Part shown: one piece after another, positions 29,118-38,712 of the stretch | Layout of the letters: each line of letters begins with the position of its first letter | Numbering within the stretch: position 1 is the stretch's first letter | Source: Polyangiaceae bacterium | GTDB taxonomy: Bacteria > Myxococcota_A > Polyangia > Polyangiales > Polyangiaceae | Length of the DNA: 64,000 bases | Assembly: GCA_965222375.1 (NCBI GenBank) | Contig: CBDCTZ010000014.1 | Span: 544,001 to 608,000, forward strand | Direction of reading: 5' to 3' | Position numbers and translations under genes: made by a program | The notes under the pieces: generated by a model | Told to the model about the DNA's origin: nothing | What the model saw: only the letters and a program-made list of their open reading frames with translations | Databases searched by the model: none

Positions 29118-29957
29118 ATGGGCCGAGGTGCGTCGAATCTAGTGCTGCTCCTGTTGGCTCTCGGTTGTGGAGCGACGGCGCAGAGCGGGGGGCGAAGCGG
29201 TGAGGCGGCTGCTGCCAGCGACCGCGGCATCTCGGACGAGCCCTATGAATCCGGCGAGGAGGGCGAGGGGGTCTTTGCCATGTTGGAGAGCGGCGAGTGT
29301 GTGTGGATCCCGCCAGAAGAGCATCGACGGATGCAGCAGGAGTCCCGCGCGAGCGCGCAGCGGGACTTGGTCGAGCACGACCGGGACTGTGCCAAAGGCG
29401 AGGGCTTTGCCTGCAGCTTGGCGGCGTACATCTTGGAAGAGGGCAACGCCGGTAACAAAGACCCGCGCCGCGCCGCGCAGTTTAGAAAACGCGCGGCGCA
29501 ACACTGGTCCACAGCCTGCAAGGGTGGGAATTTCGACGCTTGCGCGGCTCTGGGCGACGCCCTGGTAGAGGGGGAGGGTGTGCGTCGGAACCAAGCTCGT
29601 GGTCGGGAGCTTCAACTTTTCGCGATTCGCGGTCTGTCTCGGGGCTGCACGGCGGGGCGCGGCGACGACTGCCACGCCTTGGGTACGCGCTACATCCTGG
29701 GCGCTGGGGTCAAGCGGAGTTGGGACACCCAGCAGAAGTACTACGCACAGGCCTTCGCTCTGCGCAAAGCCGCATGCGATGCGGGCAGCTGGAACGGGTG
29801 TCGCGCCGCGGCTGGCCAAGTGGGCATCGGAGACGGCGTTGCCAGGGACCGCGCTGCGGCCAATCGACTGCACGATCGCGCGGTCGAGTTGGCGCTGAAG
29901 AAATGCGCCGACGAGGACGTAGCGGCCTGCGCCTACGTGCGCCGAGTCACGCGTTGA
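29118..29957 (+). CDS. Sel1-like/HcpA-type Cys-rich repeat lipoprotein
   Basis: Lipobox LALGC; repeats ACKGGNFDACAALG, GCTAGRGDDCHALG, ACDAGSWNGC. Confidence 0.8.
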   Translation: MGRGASNLVLLLLALGCGATAQSGGRSGEAAAASDRGISDEPYESGEEGEGVFAMLESGECVWIPPEEHRRMQQESRASAQRDLVEHDRDCAKGEGFACSLAAYILEEGNAGNKDPRRAAQFRKRAAQHWSTACKGGNFDACAALGDALVEGEGVRRNQARGRELQLFAIRGLSRGCTAGRGDDCHALGTRYILGAGVKRSWDTQQKYYAQAFALRKAACDAGSWNGCRAAAGQVGIGDGVARDRAAANRLHDRAVELALKKCADEDVAACAYVRRVTR

Positions 29958-29960
29958 GGC

Positions 29961-30518
29961 TCAGAGCTTAGAGGCGCTGACGGGTTGGGGCGGACAATCC
30001 GGCGAGCACCAGAACGAAAGCGACGCCGGCTTGGCGTGGGCGATCAGTCCAACCGTGAGCAGGAGTGCCACGACGAGCACTGCGGCGTGGCGTTGAGGGG
30101 TCCAACCACTCAGTTCGGTGGTGACGTGCTCCGCGGAGCGGCCTGGTAGGTGCCGCAGCGTACGTACGAAATCCCTGAGCTCCCTAGGGATGCGGACGCG
30201 ACGCGGCTTGGGCGCTGGCTCCCATTCCATGTTGGAGTCGGAGCGCGAGCCAGAGCCACCTCCGGCACCTGCTACGAAGGCCTCGATGCCCCGGGCTCGG
30301 TCGTAGCGACTGCGGCGCTCGTGATCGAGCAGCACCTGCGCCGCCAGGTTCAGCCGCGCCATGCGGGCGGCGGCACCTTCGTCGAGGGGATTCAGATCCG
30401 GGTGGCTGGCGTGGACCTGGCGCCGGTAGGCGCGCCGGATCTCCGGTTCCGAAGCGGCGGGCGAGACCCGCAAGACCGCGTACAAATCCAGGTTAATGAC
30501 GTCGCGGCCCAAGCGCAT
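29961..30518 (-). CDS. J-domain protein with C-terminal TM helix
   Basis: DLYAVLRV...EIRRAYRR...HPDLNP...LLDHERRSRYD. Confidence 0.85.
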   Translation of the reverse strand: MRLGRDVINLDLYAVLRVSPAASEPEIRRAYRRQVHASHPDLNPLDEGAAARMARLNLAAQVLLDHERRSRYDRARGIEAFVAGAGGGSGSRSDSNMEWEPAPKPRRVRIPRELRDFVRTLRHLPGRSAEHVTTELSGWTPQRHAAVLVVALLLTVGLIAHAKPASLSFWCSPDCPPQPVSASKL

Positions 30519-30728
30519 GCAGATCCTCCCAGCCAGAAAAAGTCGCCAACGAAAGGCTGACACGCGCACTGCCGCAAAGTTCCGCGGTGCCGCACTTTCT
30601 TTGGGTCAATGGCAAAAGTTCAATAAATTCAGCTAGTTGTGAAGTCGTTGGAACTGCCCCTCGGGATCGGTGTCTTACAATTTCCGCATGCCACCTGACC
30701 GCCATCCGTCAGACTGAGTGAGCCAGCC

Positions 30729-31430
30729 ATGTTGCGCACGCGTTTCCTCCCTATCCTGCCTCTCGCGCTGAGCCTCGGCTGCGGCTCTTCGGTGCAGACC
30801 CAGCCGCCGGGCAAGCCGCCAACCCCCGCGACGGTGACGGTTTCCGAGCCGGGCGGGGACGCCCACGATGCGCACTGGGCGGCGCTGACGCGACAACTGA
30901 AGGAGCCCTGGGGCTGGCGAAACGACAAGGACGACCAGCTCCACGCGCCGCTGACGGATTGGGAGAAGTGGAAGCGAGTGCGCTACTGGGGCATCGAGCA
31001 CTTCACGGGCTTTCGCTACGGCGATGACCATCACGTCATCTCCATCGCTGTGGTGCTGGACATCAAACCGGGCAGCCGAACCAGTTCGGAGCTGTGCATG
31101 CGCCGATTCGAGACCTGGGCGCGTCCACAGATGCGAGGCTACGAAATCGTGCTCGGCGACTTCGGCTATCACGAGGCGATCTGGCGTGACAAACCCCTCA
31201 AGATAAAGAGCGTGGACGGCCATATCGACACGGCCTTCTCACGCAAGCGCTTCTCGGCGGCCTGGGCGGCGTACGCGGCGTACCCGGACGCGTGCTTGGT
31301 CTACGCCATGGCCGTTCCCTGGCGCTCCCAGCCTGGCTTGGCCAAAAAGGTGCGAGACCGTTGGGTCAAAGAGGCTTTCGACAAGATGAACCCCAAGACC
31401 GAGACGCGCCCCTACCGCAAAGAGAAGTAG
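30729..31430 (+). CDS. Hypothetical Trp-rich lipoprotein
   Basis: Lipobox LSLGC; continuous ORF filling the gap between neighbours. Confidence 0.75.
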   Translation: MLRTRFLPILPLALSLGCGSSVQTQPPGKPPTPATVTVSEPGGDAHDAHWAALTRQLKEPWGWRNDKDDQLHAPLTDWEKWKRVRYWGIEHFTGFRYGDDHHVISIAVVLDIKPGSRTSSELCMRRFETWARPQMRGYEIVLGDFGYHEAIWRDKPLKIKSVDGHIDTAFSRKRFSAAWAAYAAYPDACLVYAMAVPWRSQPGLAKKVRDRWVKEAFDKMNPKTETRPYRKEK

Positions 31431-31468
31431 GCTCGCGGTCACCACGCTTTGGGCTAGGCTAGCGGCCC

Positions 31469-32254
31469 ATGTCCCTTCGCGTTGTTTCCTGGAACGTAAA
31501 CGGGATCCGGGCTTGCACGAAGAAGGGGCTTGGAAAGTGGCTACAGCGCAGCCGCGCCGGCATCGTGGGCCTGCAGGAAGTACGCGCCTTTGTCGAGCAA
31601 GTCCCGGAGGAGCTGCGGCGCAAACGCCTGCACCAGCTCTACGCGCCGGCTCAGCGCCCGGGCTATAGCGGGGTGGCGCTGCTTTCGAAGTTGGTCCCGG
31701 ACACGCACTTCACCGAGCTAGCTCGTCGCTTCGACGTCGAAGGGCGTTTGGTGGCTGCTCGTTTCGGTAAGCTACAGGTGCTCTCGGTCTACTTTCCCAA
31801 AGGCAGCGGAACCAATCGCGACAACAGTCGCATCCCCTACAAGCTTGCCTTCTACCGCGCGCTTCGCAGAAAGCTCGCGCCCATGTGTGCGGCCGGGGAG
31901 CGCATCTTGGTCATGGGCGACTTCAACACCGCCTATGCGGACATCGACCTCGCTCGGCCCAAACAGAACGTGGAAAACAGTGGCTTCCGGCCGGAAGAAC
32001 GTCGCGCATTGGGGCAGTGGTTCAAAGCCGGCTGGGTGGATACCTTTCGCGCTCTGCATCCGGACGCCGCGGAGTACAGCTGGTGGAGTCAGCGCCTCGG
32101 CTTGCGCGAGAGAAACGTCGGATGGCGTATCGACTACGTGCTCGCGTCCCCGGCTGCCATGCCCTTCCTGCGCGGAGCGTTCATCCATAGACACGTTCTC
32201 GGTAGCGACCACTGCCCCGTCGGGGTGGACCTAGATCCCCAAATACTCGGCTGA
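31469..32254 (+). CDS. xth: Exodeoxyribonuclease III (AP endonuclease)
   Basis: SWNVNGIRA, LQEV, GYSGVA, MGDFN, GWRIDY, GSDHCPV. Confidence 0.95.
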   Translation: MSLRVVSWNVNGIRACTKKGLGKWLQRSRAGIVGLQEVRAFVEQVPEELRRKRLHQLYAPAQRPGYSGVALLSKLVPDTHFTELARRFDVEGRLVAARFGKLQVLSVYFPKGSGTNRDNSRIPYKLAFYRALRRKLAPMCAAGERILVMGDFNTAYADIDLARPKQNVENSGFRPEERRALGQWFKAGWVDTFRALHPDAAEYSWWSQRLGLRERNVGWRIDYVLASPAAMPFLRGAFIHRHVLGSDHCPVGVDLDPQILG

Positions 32255-32304
32255 GCCGGGTATCGCCTCGCCAGCGGTGGGCCGCTGGCGTAGATCAGAG
32301 GGCG

Positions 32305-33753
32305 ATGCGAATTCGGATCCCGAGCCAAGGCATGGACAAGGCGCCGCTCCTCGAAAAGATGCGCGGCTATCGCGAGGGCGATGCGGACTGGAAGCAGGGC
32401 CGCACCTGGAGCCTGGTCTACTACGGCGGCAGCGAGCACCACGAACTGCTCCGTGAAGCGCATGGCCTCTTCTTCGCCGAGAACGCTCTGAACCCCATGG
32501 CCTTCAAGAGCCTCAAGCGGATGGAAGCCGAGGTCGTGCAGATGTCTGCGAGCATGCTGCACGCTCCGGAGACCGCTGTGGGAACCATGACCAGTGGCGG
32601 CACCGAGTCCATCTTGATGGCGGTGAAGGCAGCGCGGGACCGGGCTCGCCAGAAGAAGCCCTGGCTGCGCTCCCCGGAGATGGTCGCGCCCCGAAGCATT
32701 CACGTGGCTTTCGAGAAGGCGGCCCACTACTTTGGGCTCAAGATCCGCTACGCCGAACTCGGCGCAGAGATGCGCGCCAACCCGGCAGCAATCGAAAAGC
32801 TCGTCACGCGCAATACGGTGCTCATCGCTGCTTCTGCACCGCAGTATCCCCACGGCGTCGTGGACCCCATCGGGGAGATTGGGGCTCTCGCGCACAAGAA
32901 GCGGATCCCGTTTCACGTGGACGCATGCATCGGCGGCTTCGTGCTGCCTTGGGTCGAGCGGTTGGGTCGACCATTGCCCGAGTTCGACTTCCGAGTGCCT
33001 GGGGTGACCAGCATGAGTGCCGACCTGCACAAGTACGGCTTCGCGGCCAAGGGCGCCAGTGTGCTGGTCTATCGCGACATGTCGTTTCTGCGACACCAGT
33101 TCTTCATCGCGACGGAGTTTCCCGGAGGTGTGTACGCGTCCCCGAGCATGCCGGGTACCCGCCCCGGCGGCCCCATCGCGGCAGGTTGGGCGGCGATGAT
33201 GGCGATGGGGGAGGACGGGTACCTCGATCACACGCGGCGCGCCCTAGAGGCCACGGACAAGTTGGTGGAAGGTATCCGGAGCATTCCACAGCTTTGTCTG
33301 GTAGCGCCGCCGGATGCGACCCTGGTGGCCTGGGCAACGAAGGACCGACGCTTGGACCTATATGCCATTGCCGACCAATTGGACGACATGGGTTGGACCA
33401 CGGACCGGCAGCACAAGCCGCCGAGCGTTCACTGCACCGTGACCAGCAATCACCTCGACGTGATCGATGACTACATCGCGGATCTGCGCCGCGCCGTGGA
33501 CTTCGTCCTGGACCACCCGGAAGTTTCCAGCCGGGGCAACGCCGCCATGTACGGCATGATGGCCAAGATCCCCTTTCGAGGCATGGTGCGGCAGGGGGTT
33601 CAGAAGGTCATGGAGCAGATGTACGGGCCCGAAGGCACCACCGACTTGGATGCGGCTTCATCCCAGAGCGGTCTGATCGGAAAGGTGATGAATAAATACG
33701 GGCCCACGCTGAATAGCTGGCTGGACCGCTTGCAGCGCTCGGACGGCAAGTGA
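32305..33753 (+). CDS. Sphingosine-1-phosphate-lyase-like PLP-dependent enzyme (group II decarboxylase fold)
   Basis: GRTWSLVY, TSGGTESILMA, HVAFEKAAHYFG, HVDACIGGF, SADLHKYG (PLP Lys), GTRPGG, AAMYG. Confidence 0.85.
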   Translation: MRIRIPSQGMDKAPLLEKMRGYREGDADWKQGRTWSLVYYGGSEHHELLREAHGLFFAENALNPMAFKSLKRMEAEVVQMSASMLHAPETAVGTMTSGGTESILMAVKAARDRARQKKPWLRSPEMVAPRSIHVAFEKAAHYFGLKIRYAELGAEMRANPAAIEKLVTRNTVLIAASAPQYPHGVVDPIGEIGALAHKKRIPFHVDACIGGFVLPWVERLGRPLPEFDFRVPGVTSMSADLHKYGFAAKGASVLVYRDMSFLRHQFFIATEFPGGVYASPSMPGTRPGGPIAAGWAAMMAMGEDGYLDHTRRALEATDKLVEGIRSIPQLCLVAPPDATLVAWATKDRRLDLYAIADQLDDMGWTTDRQHKPPSVHCTVTSNHLDVIDDYIADLRRAVDFVLDHPEVSSRGNAAMYGMMAKIPFRGMVRQGVQKVMEQMYGPEGTTDLDAASSQSGLIGKVMNKYGPTLNSWLDRLQRSDGK

Positions 33754-33814
33754 TTGAGGCGGCAGCGCGCGGGCAGTTACAGTCCGCGCGCCCGCGTGGT
33801 ACTTGATCCCCGTC

Positions 33815-36800
33815 ATGCGGGAGGGCGCGGGAAAGTCCAAGTTGACGCCAGATCCCGCGATGGATACCGCGGCGGAGACGAAGCTCGCGACCGCCAGCGA
33901 GGTCCTGCGGCGTAGTGACGAAGAGGCGCGAGTCAGTGCGGATCGCCTCGCCCTGCCAGTACAACTCGGGTCCTATCGGGTACTCGAACAGATCGGCGTC
34001 GGCGGCATGGGCGTGGTGTATCGGGGCGCCCACATCGAGACGGGGCAGGAAGTCGCACTGAAGACCGTCAAAGTCGAGCGTCCGTCCCTGACCGACCGAC
34101 TCCAGCGTGAGATCCAGGCACTGGGTCGAGTGCACCACCCGGGTGTGATCCGGGTGGCGGCCGCGGGGGTGCATGACGGCGCGCCCTGGTACGCGATGGA
34201 GCTGTTGCACGGGAGCCTCAGAAACGCTTTGGATGAAGTGTGGGGCGCTCAGCTCGCGGAAACCGAAGAGACGAGAGCGGATCTCGAGCCGACTCTGCGG
34301 GGTGCGGATCTGGCTCGGGCGCGACGCCGGGGACTGGCCAAGGCCTCTTCGTTTCGTCACCCGGCGGCGGGCGGCGAGCTAGCGCGGATGCTGTCGGTGG
34401 CGGCGCAGATTTGTGATGCCCTGGCGTTCTTGCACGGTGAGGGCGTGGTGCATCGGGACTTGAAGCCCGCCAATGTCCTGTTTCGCGCCAGCGGCGAGCC
34501 CGTGATCACCGACTTTGGATTGGTCGGTCGCTTTGCCGCCAAGTTGGGGCGGGAAGTGCTGGAACTTGATGATGGCGTCGCAGGAAGCGCCCCGTATATG
34601 TCTCCGGAGCAGATCCGCGGCGAACTCGTGGACGCACGATCGGATCTATATGCCCTGGGCTGCCTGCTCTACGAGATGGTGACCGGCTATGTGCCCTTCA
34701 CGGGCGAATCCTCGTCCGTGATTTGCAGCCAGCATTTGGACGCTGTGTGCGAGCCTGCCTCCGCGCGAGTCTCCGGCGTTCCTCCCTCCCTGGACACGCT
34801 GATCGCGTCCCTCTTGGACAAGAAGCCCCGGCGCCGCGTGGGTCACGCTAGCGACGTGGCGTTGGGCCTGCGGGAAGTCCTCACGGCTATGGATCAACTG
34901 CCGCCGGAGGTATGCGGTGATGCGCCGCAACCCTATCTTTATCGCCCAGAGCTTTGTGGACGGGACGAACTCGTCGCGGAAATGGAGAACGACGCGGTCG
35001 AGGCCGTGCTGGGTCGAGGCGGTGTGGCCTTCATTGCCGGAGAGAGCGGTGTGGGCAAGACGCGGGTGCTGTTGGAGCTAGCCCGCCGTGCAATCTTGAT
35101 GGGCATGACGGCTCTTGGCAGCGAATGCAGCGCGGTTCTCACGACGTCTGATCGCGCTGGACATTCATCGCCTCTCGGTGTCTTTCGTCCGCTGCTGAGC
35201 TGGATGGTCGATCACGTTCGCCAGCACAAGAGCGACGAGCTGGTCGACTTCATCCTGCGCCGCGGAGCGATACTGCGGCGCTACGAGCCCAGGCTGTATG
35301 AGCTCGACATCGTGCGCGGTTTGCCGCCCATGCCTGCCCTGGCAGCGGAGGCCGAGCGGGGCAGGGTCTTTGCGGCACTCCGAGAGGCGCTCGTGGTTGT
35401 CAGCAAAGAACGCTCTCTGCTGTTGATGATCGACGATTTGCAGTGGGCTGACGAACTCTCCCTCGGCTTTCTCACGGCTACGGGCCCTGAGTTCTTCTCA
35501 CGGGTCGCCGTCTACTTGGTGGGGACGTATCGGGCGGACGAGGCCGGGGCGGAGCTCCTCGTCGCGGTGCGCGAGTTCGAGAAGCGGCGACGGGCTCTTG
35601 GCCGCTTGGACGATGCGAGCGTTGGCCAGATGGTTTCGGACATGTTGGGCATCGCCCTGACTCCCGGCCGCTTCGTTCGCTCCCTGACCCGCGTCTCCGC
35701 TGGCAACCCCTTCTTCGTCGCCGAATACCTCCGCGCAGCCGTGGCAGAGGGGTTGCTGTATCGAGAGCGTAGTGGCGCGTGGCATGTAGATGACGCGGAG
35801 CGCGAACTGCAGAGCGCCGTGCAACTGCCGCGAACGCTCCAGGAACTGGTCGAGCGCCGTTTGAACGGGCTCGACGATGCCAGCTTGCGGGTGGCGCGCG
35901 CCTTGGCAGTGGTGGGGCGGGAGGCAGAGTGGGAACTGCTGGTGCGACTGCTCGATGCCGGCGAAACGTCTCTGGGAGAGAGCCTGCATACGCTCGTACA
36001 ACGACAGGTACTTTCCGAGGAGACGCCAGGGGTCGTGCGCTTCGTGCACGACCAACTACGCGAGGTGGCTTACGCAAATACCCCCGCTTCCGATCGAAGC
36101 CACTTGCATGGGCGTGTGGCCGAACTCATCGAGGCCCGCTACCAAAACACCCCCGACTTTGCGACCTGGTACGCGTCATTGGCGGTGCACTACGAGCAGG
36201 CGGACCGGTCGTCCAAAGCCATCGAGTACTTCGAGCGAGCGGGCGCCCGCGCGCTTCGAGTTGGCACGCCGAAAGATGCAATCTTCAGCGTAGGGCGTGC
36301 ACAGGCCCTCGCGGATGATTCACGCCAGGCGCAAACTGAACCCGCATGGGCACGGGCCCGGCGCCATCGACTCTTGGGAGACGCCCACTACGCCTTGGGC
36401 AGCCTACCGGACGCCACGGAACACTATCTGGGAGCCCTGGACGAATTGGGCGAGTTGGCCCCGCGTAGCAGGTTGGGCTGGTTGCGGCTGTTGTCACAGA
36501 CGGCTCTCGCGGAAACCGGCGCGCTGTTGAAACACAAGCTGGGAGGCAAGTCAGCGCCTCGCCGGGATCTCGCTGAAGGCGCCATGGCGGCCCAACGCAT
36601 CGCCGAGCGCTACTACTTCACGAACGACGCCTTCCGCATTGTGGCGGCGTCGCTTCAGTCCGTGCATCTGGCTCGTCGCTCGGACACTGCGGTGTCGCGG
36701 CCGCACTTCCAACTCGGGATTGCCGCCGGCGTTGGTGGTCTGACTGGAGTCCCCCAGCGCTGCTTCGAAGCCGGGCGCCGTAGCGCCCTGGATGCGGAGG

Positions 36801-37723
36801 ACCCCTACGGTCAAATCATGGGGGCCTACACCGAGATCGCCTACTTGTCCGGCCGCGCGAATTGGCAGCGGGCTCGGCGCGTGGGGCAAGACGCCCTTCA
36901 GATCGCGGAAGCGCTTGGAGACCCGCACGAACTCGACCTCCTGAACACGGTGATAGCGAATGCCGAGGCGTTCACCGGACAGTTCTCGTCCAGCGCGGAA
37001 CGTTTCGCGCAAATCCGCGACCGGGCCCGGGCTCGGGGTAACCCGGTTCACGAGGCTTGGGGGCTCTACGCGCGCGCCGCGGCGCTGATTGCCCAGGGTG
37101 CCCAGGCGCAAGCCGTCACGGATCTGCGCCAGGCGCTAACGCTGCTGGAAGGGCGGTCGGACGTTGCGAGCGAGATCATCAGCCATGGTCTTCTGGCCCA
37201 GGCCAGCCTATGCGTGGGAGACCTTGAAGGCGCTCGCGCTGCCGCCGACGAAGCCGCGGCGCGGATCCATAGTCGGCTCCCCGCCGTCTACTCGACGTTG
37301 CATGGCTTCCATGGCGCTACGGAGGTTTATTTGCGTCTAGCAGCTCTGGAGGCGGACGCGACCTTGGCGCGCGAGCTGGAGAGGGCGGGCAGTGCCTGTC
37401 TGTGGAAGCTTCGCCTCTTTGCTCGCCTGATGCCCTTTGGACAACCGGCAGCGTTGTACTGCCGGGCTCTGCGCTGCAAGCCTACCAACCGCCCTCGAGC
37501 CGAGAAGCTGCTGCGAAGATCCGCGAGGTCAGCGCGGGAGATGGGCATGCCCTACTACGAAGCCCGCGCGCTTTTTGAACTAGCTGGCGTCACGACCGAC
37601 GCAGGCCGTCGAAGGCGCACGCTGAGGGATGCGCGCGAACGGTTCTTGCGTATGGGCTGCGTCGCCGACGCAGAGCGTTGCCTCGACGGGTCTCTAGACA
37701 GCCAGGAGAAAGAAGAGCGATGA
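33815..37723 (+). CDS. Ser/Thr kinase, STAND-type ATPase and TPR-like helical domain multidomain protein
   Basis: IGVGGMGVVY, HRDLKPAN, DFG; Walker A GESGVGKT; Walker B IDDLQWAD; GNPFFV; RFVHDQLREVAY. Confidence 0.92.
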   Translation: MREGAGKSKLTPDPAMDTAAETKLATASEVLRRSDEEARVSADRLALPVQLGSYRVLEQIGVGGMGVVYRGAHIETGQEVALKTVKVERPSLTDRLQREIQALGRVHHPGVIRVAAAGVHDGAPWYAMELLHGSLRNALDEVWGAQLAETEETRADLEPTLRGADLARARRRGLAKASSFRHPAAGGELARMLSVAAQICDALAFLHGEGVVHRDLKPANVLFRASGEPVITDFGLVGRFAAKLGREVLELDDGVAGSAPYMSPEQIRGELVDARSDLYALGCLLYEMVTGYVPFTGESSSVICSQHLDAVCEPASARVSGVPPSLDTLIASLLDKKPRRRVGHASDVALGLREVLTAMDQLPPEVCGDAPQPYLYRPELCGRDELVAEMENDAVEAVLGRGGVAFIAGESGVGKTRVLLELARRAILMGMTALGSECSAVLTTSDRAGHSSPLGVFRPLLSWMVDHVRQHKSDELVDFILRRGAILRRYEPRLYELDIVRGLPPMPALAAEAERGRVFAALREALVVVSKERSLLLMIDDLQWADELSLGFLTATGPEFFSRVAVYLVGTYRADEAGAELLVAVREFEKRRRALGRLDDASVGQMVSDMLGIALTPGRFVRSLTRVSAGNPFFVAEYLRAAVAEGLLYRERSGAWHVDDAERELQSAVQLPRTLQELVERRLNGLDDASLRVARALAVVGREAEWELLVRLLDAGETSLGESLHTLVQRQVLSEETPGVVRFVHDQLREVAYANTPASDRSHLHGRVAELIEARYQNTPDFATWYASLAVHYEQADRSSKAIEYFERAGARALRVGTPKDAIFSVGRAQALADDSRQAQTEPAWARARRHRLLGDAHYALGSLPDATEHYLGALDELGELAPRSRLGWLRLLSQTALAETGALLKHKLGGKSAPRRDLAEGAMAAQRIAERYYFTNDAFRIVAASLQSVHLARRSDTAVSRPHFQLGIAAGVGGLTGVPQRCFEAGRRSALDAEDPYGQIMGAYTEIAYLSGRANWQRARRVGQDALQIAEALGDPHELDLLNTVIANAEAFTGQFSSSAERFAQIRDRARARGNPVHEAWGLYARAAALIAQGAQAQAVTDLRQALTLLEGRSDVASEIISHGLLAQASLCVGDLEGARAAADEAAARIHSRLPAVYSTLHGFHGATEVYLRLAALEADATLARELERAGSACLWKLRLFARLMPFGQPAALYCRALRCKPTNRPRAEKLLRRSARSAREMGMPYYEARALFELAGVTTDAGRRRRTLRDARERFLRMGCVADAERCLDGSLDSQEKEER

Positions 37724-38712
37724 ACGAAACCCAGTTGCCGCCTTATGTCACGCGCGGAGGCGTACAGACCTTGGCTCCCCCCATCTTGGCTCGGGGCACG
37801 CGGATGACGAGTCTGGCCCTGGAGGCTGATCCCAAGGCGCTTCAGCGGCTGGTCGACCAGTTCTTCAACGCGCCAGTCGCCGCGCAGTCCAATCAGCGTT
37901 TCTACGCCCTGGGCAATCTCGTGTTTCTCGCCTACGCGCCCATGGATCACATCAGCGTGACGGACCCTCGCGACAGCAAGAAGGGGTGGATGCGAGAAAC
38001 CGACATTGCATTCTGGATGCCGATTGTCGGAGGCAAAGAAGAGGGCGGCAAGTTCGTGCCCAGGATGGTGTATTGGTTCATGCCCTACGTCTGGGTCGAC
38101 GTGACGACGGCGATGACCACGGGGCGCGAAGTCTATGGCTTCCCGAAGCAGATGGCCTGGGTCGACGGCCCCAGTGGTGACTCGGACGGTCGGGTGTTTT
38201 CTTTCTCGACCATGGTGCTGCCCAGCTACTCGCCGGAGACCCAACTGGTGCAGAAGCAGCTGATCAGGGTGGAGCGCCGCTCCAGCTCGGAGCCCGGTCT
38301 GGAGAAAGCCTGGACCGAAGCCGAGGAGGTTTTCGAAGAAGTCGTACGCTGGATCCACGCTGAGCGCGGCCAGGTGCAGGCGACTTCGCTCGGGTTTTGG
38401 ATCAACCTGCTGGAGCACCTGGCGGGCGGAGAAGTGCCCATGCTCTTCTTGAAGGAGTTCCGGGATCTCGCAGAGCCGCACCGAGCTTGTTATCAGCGTG
38501 TGGTCAGTGCGCCGTGCGTGGTCAAGGCGTTCAGGGGTGGTTACCCGTTGTTGGGCGACTACGCCGTGACGATCTTCGATTACGTCAGCCACCCCATCGC
38601 CCAGGACTTCGGCTTCGGGACTCCGAAGGATGGCAAGTTGAGTCTCACCAGCAATATTGGGTTCTACGTCGACTTCGACTTCCAGCTCGAACTCGGGAGC
38701 GCAATCCAATGA
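37720..38712 (+). CDS. Acetoacetate-decarboxylase-like family protein
   Basis: PYVWVD..TAMTTGREVYGFPK, the ADC-superfamily GRExxGxPK motif with the Schiff-base Lys; ATGA overlap with the kinase stop. Confidence 0.75.
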   Translation: MNETQLPPYVTRGGVQTLAPPILARGTRMTSLALEADPKALQRLVDQFFNAPVAAQSNQRFYALGNLVFLAYAPMDHISVTDPRDSKKGWMRETDIAFWMPIVGGKEEGGKFVPRMVYWFMPYVWVDVTTAMTTGREVYGFPKQMAWVDGPSGDSDGRVFSFSTMVLPSYSPETQLVQKQLIRVERRSSSEPGLEKAWTEAEEVFEEVVRWIHAERGQVQATSLGFWINLLEHLAGGEVPMLFLKEFRDLAEPHRACYQRVVSAPCVVKAFRGGYPLLGDYAVTIFDYVSHPIAQDFGFGTPKDGKLSLTSNIGFYVDFDFQLELGSAIQ

